Assembly (NCBI GenBank): GCA_038046605.1
Contig: JBBSVW010000013.1
Span: forward strand, 1 to 36,248
From: Candidatus Micrarchaeota archaeon
GTDB lineage: Archaea > Micrarchaeota > Micrarchaeia > Norongarragalinales > SBBD01
DNA: 36,248 nucleotides
Direction: 5' to 3'
Shown: positions 32,410 to 36,248 of the stretch, piece after piece
How the letters are laid out: the number at the start of each line of letters is the position of its first letter
How positions within the stretch are numbered: position 1 is the first letter of the stretch
The notes under the pieces: model-generated
Told to the model about the DNA's origin: nothing
What the model saw: the letters and a program-made list of their open reading frames with translations, nothing else
Databases searched by the model: none
Made by a program: the position numbers and the translations under genes

Positions 32410-35385
32410 ATGGGAAATAAGCGTTTAGTGCTGGTGTCAGTGTTATTTTGCCTGGTTAGCCTATCCGATTCCGCCACGGTTTTGCGCCAATTCAACGCTT
32501 CCGACTATGTTTTGAAAAACGGCACGGTTTATTCCGGCACAATAAGCGACACGAACGTTTCGGATGCCGCATCATTTGGCATTTTGGAGGCGGCGTATGC
32601 GAATTCTACGGGCGGAATGGCAAGTTTCCAGTTGAGCGCGAGCGCCACAATCGCGCAATACCAAAGGTGGCTGGGGAACGGCTGGACAAGCACGGCAGCG
32701 GCGAGCACACCGGCTACTGCGGGAACACTGCGTTACCTTGTTGTCAAGGCCAATCCCATAAGGGATGAAAAGATTTTAGCCACGCTAGACAGCAATAGCG
32801 ACGTTGATGCGCAGGTATGGAACGGCAGCGAATGGAGCGCGACAACGGAAATGACCGCGATTGCTTCCATCGCAACGAAGCGCGCGTTCGATGTCGCCTT
32901 CGAACAGCTGTCAGGAAGGGGTTTGGTTGTGTATGCAAACACGACAACGGCAACAATTGCCTATAGGATTTGGAATGGGAGCGGGTTCTCTGCGCAGGGC
33001 GGGTTGGGAATCGGGACTGCTGGAGTGACTAATAGGATAATAGATTTGATTGCGAAGTCGGATAGCAATCAAATAATGCTTTTGGTATCGGAAGGAAGCG
33101 CTACTCCCGATCTGCGGGCGATACTTTGGAATGGCACCGAGTTCAACACTTCGACGCAGGTGACGATCACTACCGAATTGGATACCACCAGCGACGAGCA
33201 AAGCTATAGCGGCGATTGGGAGGAGAGCAGCGGCGATTTCAACGTGTTCTATGGGAACGATGCCTCACTAACTATCCTTAAGAACACATTTTCGAATGGC
33301 GTATGGGTAGGCCAGAGCACTGGTGCATCGGGCGGGGATGGTGATGTAAGGTACGTCAAGGTCGCAACATTTCCGGGAACGGATAGGCAAATGGTGTGCT
33401 GGAAGGAATGGACTGCAGGGGATGTGAACTGCCAATCTTGGGATGGGAGCAATTTCCAAGGGACGGGAAATGACAATGCTACGGAGGTGGGGGCGGTGGG
33501 CAGGAATTTCGATGTGGCGCCTATGCTGGGCAGCAACGGCGGATTCGTGCTGATGTATGGTGACCTGAATGATGATTGGTTCGATTTCATGGTATGCACT
33601 TCTGGTGCGAATTGCGATTCCGCCACATGGGCTACCAGGACGTTATGGGCCACTACGCAATTGGGGGGCGTGGATACGAGGTGGGGGCAGATTTATGCGG
33701 ATCCGTATAATTTTGGAAATTTCACGCTGCTGGGTGTTTCGCAAACTGCGGCGAACGGCTGGTTCAGGGCGAGAATTTTCTGCGATGCAGCCGCATGCTC
33801 GCTAACGGAGGCATGGACGAATTTTGGAGGGACCACTTCGGTGGTTTTTGAATCGGCGTTCCTAACATTCGACAAGCACAAATTTTACAGGGGGGAGGTG
33901 TGGCACAATTCCACAAGAACGGCAGTGACGGTACCGGCTTCCAAAATCCCCAATTTCATCAACGTGACCGCAAGAATCAATGCAACCGTAACCGCAAATT
34001 ATTCGCTGAACATTTACGATTGGGTGAATGCGAACTGGAATGTGTGCACCCAGCAGATTTTGCAGCCGAACGTGTTCTCCAGCTTGGTGTGCAACATCAC
34101 CTCCTCTCCTGCAAACTACCGGTCGCAGGACGCGGATAGGTATGTGAGGATTGCAATTAATGGCACTTACAATCACACGGTGCAGGCAGTTTTGGAGGAT
34201 GATTTCCTGCAGTTTTATTTGGGATTTGGGGACGATCCGCCGTATTATGATTTTTCCGCAGGGAAATTGGGGGTGACGAACTCGACGCCGATGCCGGGGC
34301 AGAATATCACATTTTATTCGCTTTGGTATGATGATACGAGCTTGGGCCAATTCTGGCTGGAGCATAACGGGAGCGGCACATTCGTGAATGAGGCACCGCT
34401 CGCATTCCCAGCGGCAAATGATTCCTGGGGAAACTATTCGCTGATTGTGCCGGGTTCTGCTGAAGGGAAGCAATTTAGCGCCAGAATTTGGGCGAATGAT
34501 TCGGTTGGAGGGCTTAATTTGACGAGCAATTTCACCATCACAGTTGAGAACGTAAAGCCGGCAGTGGGGAATACGACGGTGAACGCAACAACTGCAGCGC
34601 CCTGGCAGTCCGTTTGCGTGAATGCGTCCGCAACTGATGTCGGGATTGGGATAAATGTGACGTGGGCCCTTGTGACTTACCCCAACGGCACAACAAGCAA
34701 CATCACTTTGAGCGATACGGGCTGCAATGCGGGAATCGCTGGCGATGGCAGGTACGGCGCGCTGATAAATGTTTCGGGGATTGAGGGCAATTTCACCGTG
34801 AACACGACGTTTGCAAATGATTCACGCAACAACCTCAATATGCAATCGCCTTTCCCTCAATTGGGGGTCATGGTAAGGCTGCCGCCAAACCCCATTGGAG
34901 GAAGCAATTTTTACGTCGGATTTTACGGCAATGCGACAGGCAGGGTTGTGAACAAGACGGCGGGCCCGCTGACGCTTTATGAGAATAAAATCCCAAATGG
35001 CACCTTGTATGTTGCCAAGGAAGGGGCGGTTGTCTCCTGGGGAAGGCTGAAAGTGGCTTCAAACGTGACGGACATGCCGAATATGGATGTGGATTTGGAC
35101 TTGACTGCGAGCACGGATAAACTGGAGACAAATTACAACCTGAACATCAGCGCCACTTGCGGCATCCAGAATCTCTTTTTCCTGAACTCAACCGACGGGA
35201 ATTTCCATATCGGCTTGCTGTACTCTGATGAGAATTCAAACGACATCTACAACACCGGGGATAATATTATATTCTGCACCGACTTCAACCCTAACAGCAT
35301 CAACTACCTGGGCGATAGGTCGGATTACGAAATTGTGTTCCCAAGGAGCTTTGCTTCTACGGTCGATGTTTATTTTGATGCATAA
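32410..35385 (+). CDS. Large secreted/surface glycoprotein (991 aa), beta-rich
   Basis: Signal peptide; repeated W[ND]G[ST]x[WF] motifs; many N-x-S/T sequons; Ig-like segments. Confidence 0.85.
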   Translation: MGNKRLVLVSVLFCLVSLSDSATVLRQFNASDYVLKNGTVYSGTISDTNVSDAASFGILEAAYANSTGGMASFQLSASATIAQYQRWLGNGWTSTAAASTPATAGTLRYLVVKANPIRDEKILATLDSNSDVDAQVWNGSEWSATTEMTAIASIATKRAFDVAFEQLSGRGLVVYANTTTATIAYRIWNGSGFSAQGGLGIGTAGVTNRIIDLIAKSDSNQIMLLVSEGSATPDLRAILWNGTEFNTSTQVTITTELDTTSDEQSYSGDWEESSGDFNVFYGNDASLTILKNTFSNGVWVGQSTGASGGDGDVRYVKVATFPGTDRQMVCWKEWTAGDVNCQSWDGSNFQGTGNDNATEVGAVGRNFDVAPMLGSNGGFVLMYGDLNDDWFDFMVCTSGANCDSATWATRTLWATTQLGGVDTRWGQIYADPYNFGNFTLLGVSQTAANGWFRARIFCDAAACSLTEAWTNFGGTTSVVFESAFLTFDKHKFYRGEVWHNSTRTAVTVPASKIPNFINVTARINATVTANYSLNIYDWVNANWNVCTQQILQPNVFSSLVCNITSSPANYRSQDADRYVRIAINGTYNHTVQAVLEDDFLQFYLGFGDDPPYYDFSAGKLGVTNSTPMPGQNITFYSLWYDDTSLGQFWLEHNGSGTFVNEAPLAFPAANDSWGNYSLIVPGSAEGKQFSARIWANDSVGGLNLTSNFTITVENVKPAVGNTTVNATTAAPWQSVCVNASATDVGIGINVTWALVTYPNGTTSNITLSDTGCNAGIAGDGRYGALINVSGIEGNFTVNTTFANDSRNNLNMQSPFPQLGVMVRLPPNPIGGSNFYVGFYGNATGRVVNKTAGPLTLYENKIPNGTLYVAKEGAVVSWGRLKVASNVTDMPNMDVDLDLTASTDKLETNYNLNISATCGIQNLFFLNSTDGNFHIGLLYSDENSNDIYNTGDNIIFCTDFNPNSINYLGDRSDYEIVFPRSFASTVDVYFDA

Positions 35386-35400
35386 CAGGATGAAATTGAA

Positions 35401-36248
35401 ATGGAGATCAATAAATTTTGCGCTGTTGCCTTATTTTGCCTAATCATTTTTCCGCAAATATCCGCGGAGGATAGCGTCATACCGGGCTTGACGGACCTAA
35501 CTGGCCAGCGCTCGATGGTTTTGATAAATTCAAACAAGTGGCAGGATGCATATCTTGCCAGCATCTATGGGAACATCGAGAATTTGCCACTGCGCTACAT
35601 TCAAGACCCCTTCCAGACGGGCAATTTCATGCAGGAATTGACAACAAACAAGCTTCAAAAGGTATACTTGTTTTCCTCGAAAACAAGCGTTGTGCCCTCG
35701 CTGACATACAGGCTTCATTCCCAGAACCTGGATGTGCGGGAAACGGTTTATGAGGACCATTTCGATTTATCGGCTAAGATGCTTGGGCTCATCCCATCAA
35801 GCAAGGTGATCATTGTCAGGGATGATTTTGCATTCGATGCCCTTTCCGCAAAATACCTCTCATACAAATTAAAAGCGCCGGTTATCTTTTCCAAAGGCCC
35901 CGAGGATATGGATGAACGGGTGATGAACGCCCTACTTGCGGTTTTGCCCTCAGAAATATACCTTGTGGGAAGGCCAGAGCCGAAATTGGAGGAGAAGCTT
36001 TCGCAATTCAAGCTAATCAAGCTCCAGGGGAGGGATGAATTTGACACCAACAATATTGTGAATAGGCATTTGCAAGGGCCCGTGGAGTACAACCAGGGGC
36101 TTATCACAACGGGGGATATTTTGGAGCTTGCGATAATGAACATCAAGAACCAGCCGGTTTTCTTGGTGCCGGACTACGGGGCGTATTCAATGCCTGGAAC
36201 TGCGGCAATAATTGAGGATTCGGGCCTTAAGCATCTCCTTGTAATTGG
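35401..36248 (+). CDS. Secreted protein with cell-wall-binding repeat 2-like motifs (truncated by window end)
   Basis: Open frame from ATG 35401 (MEINKFCAVALFCLIIFP...) to the end; DALSAKYLSYKLKAPVIF and LQGRDEFDTN; absent from the ORF track because no stop is present. Confidence 0.75.
   Translation, partial: MEINKFCAVALFCLIIFPQISAEDSVIPGLTDLTGQRSMVLINSNKWQDAYLASIYGNIENLPLRYIQDPFQTGNFMQELTTNKLQKVYLFSSKTSVVPSLTYRLHSQNLDVRETVYEDHFDLSAKMLGLIPSSKVIIVRDDFAFDALSAKYLSYKLKAPVIFSKGPEDMDERVMNALLAVLPSEIYLVGRPEPKLEEKLSQFKLIKLQGRDEFDTNNIVNRHLQGPVEYNQGLITTGDILELAIMNIKNQPVFLVPDYGAYSMPGTAAIIEDSGLKHLLVI

Overview
Archaeal chromosomal window, most likely DPANN and Micrarchaeota-like. This is inferred from the gene set (psmB-aCPSF1, TFE, Cgi121, S8e), archaeal TATA/GGTGA signals and a tRNA intron at a non-canonical position. 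The first ~9.4 kb is accessory. Three co-oriented genes (archaeal ATPase, two Fic proteins) are separated by four copies of a ~60-75 bp non-coding repeat, three of them directly behind a stop codon, giving a cassette-like array; an orphan-gene island follows. The rest is mostly housekeeping: proteasome beta, aCPSF1/FttA with a 503-aa LAGLIDADG intein, initiator tRNA-Met with a 41-nt intron at 43/44 followed by a free-standing LAGLIDADG endonuclease, TFE, Cgi121, S8e, an MscS/ATP-grasp/GCS2 operon, two cation antiporters, purA/purC/purE, a protease-less Lon-like ATPase and surface proteins. A second, unrelated ~100 bp multi-palindrome element with a compensatory base-pair change lies just downstream of two unrelated genes (10.2 kb and 30.6 kb), with a possible diverged third copy at 9.3 kb. 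All calls come from motif reading by eye; no searches were run.
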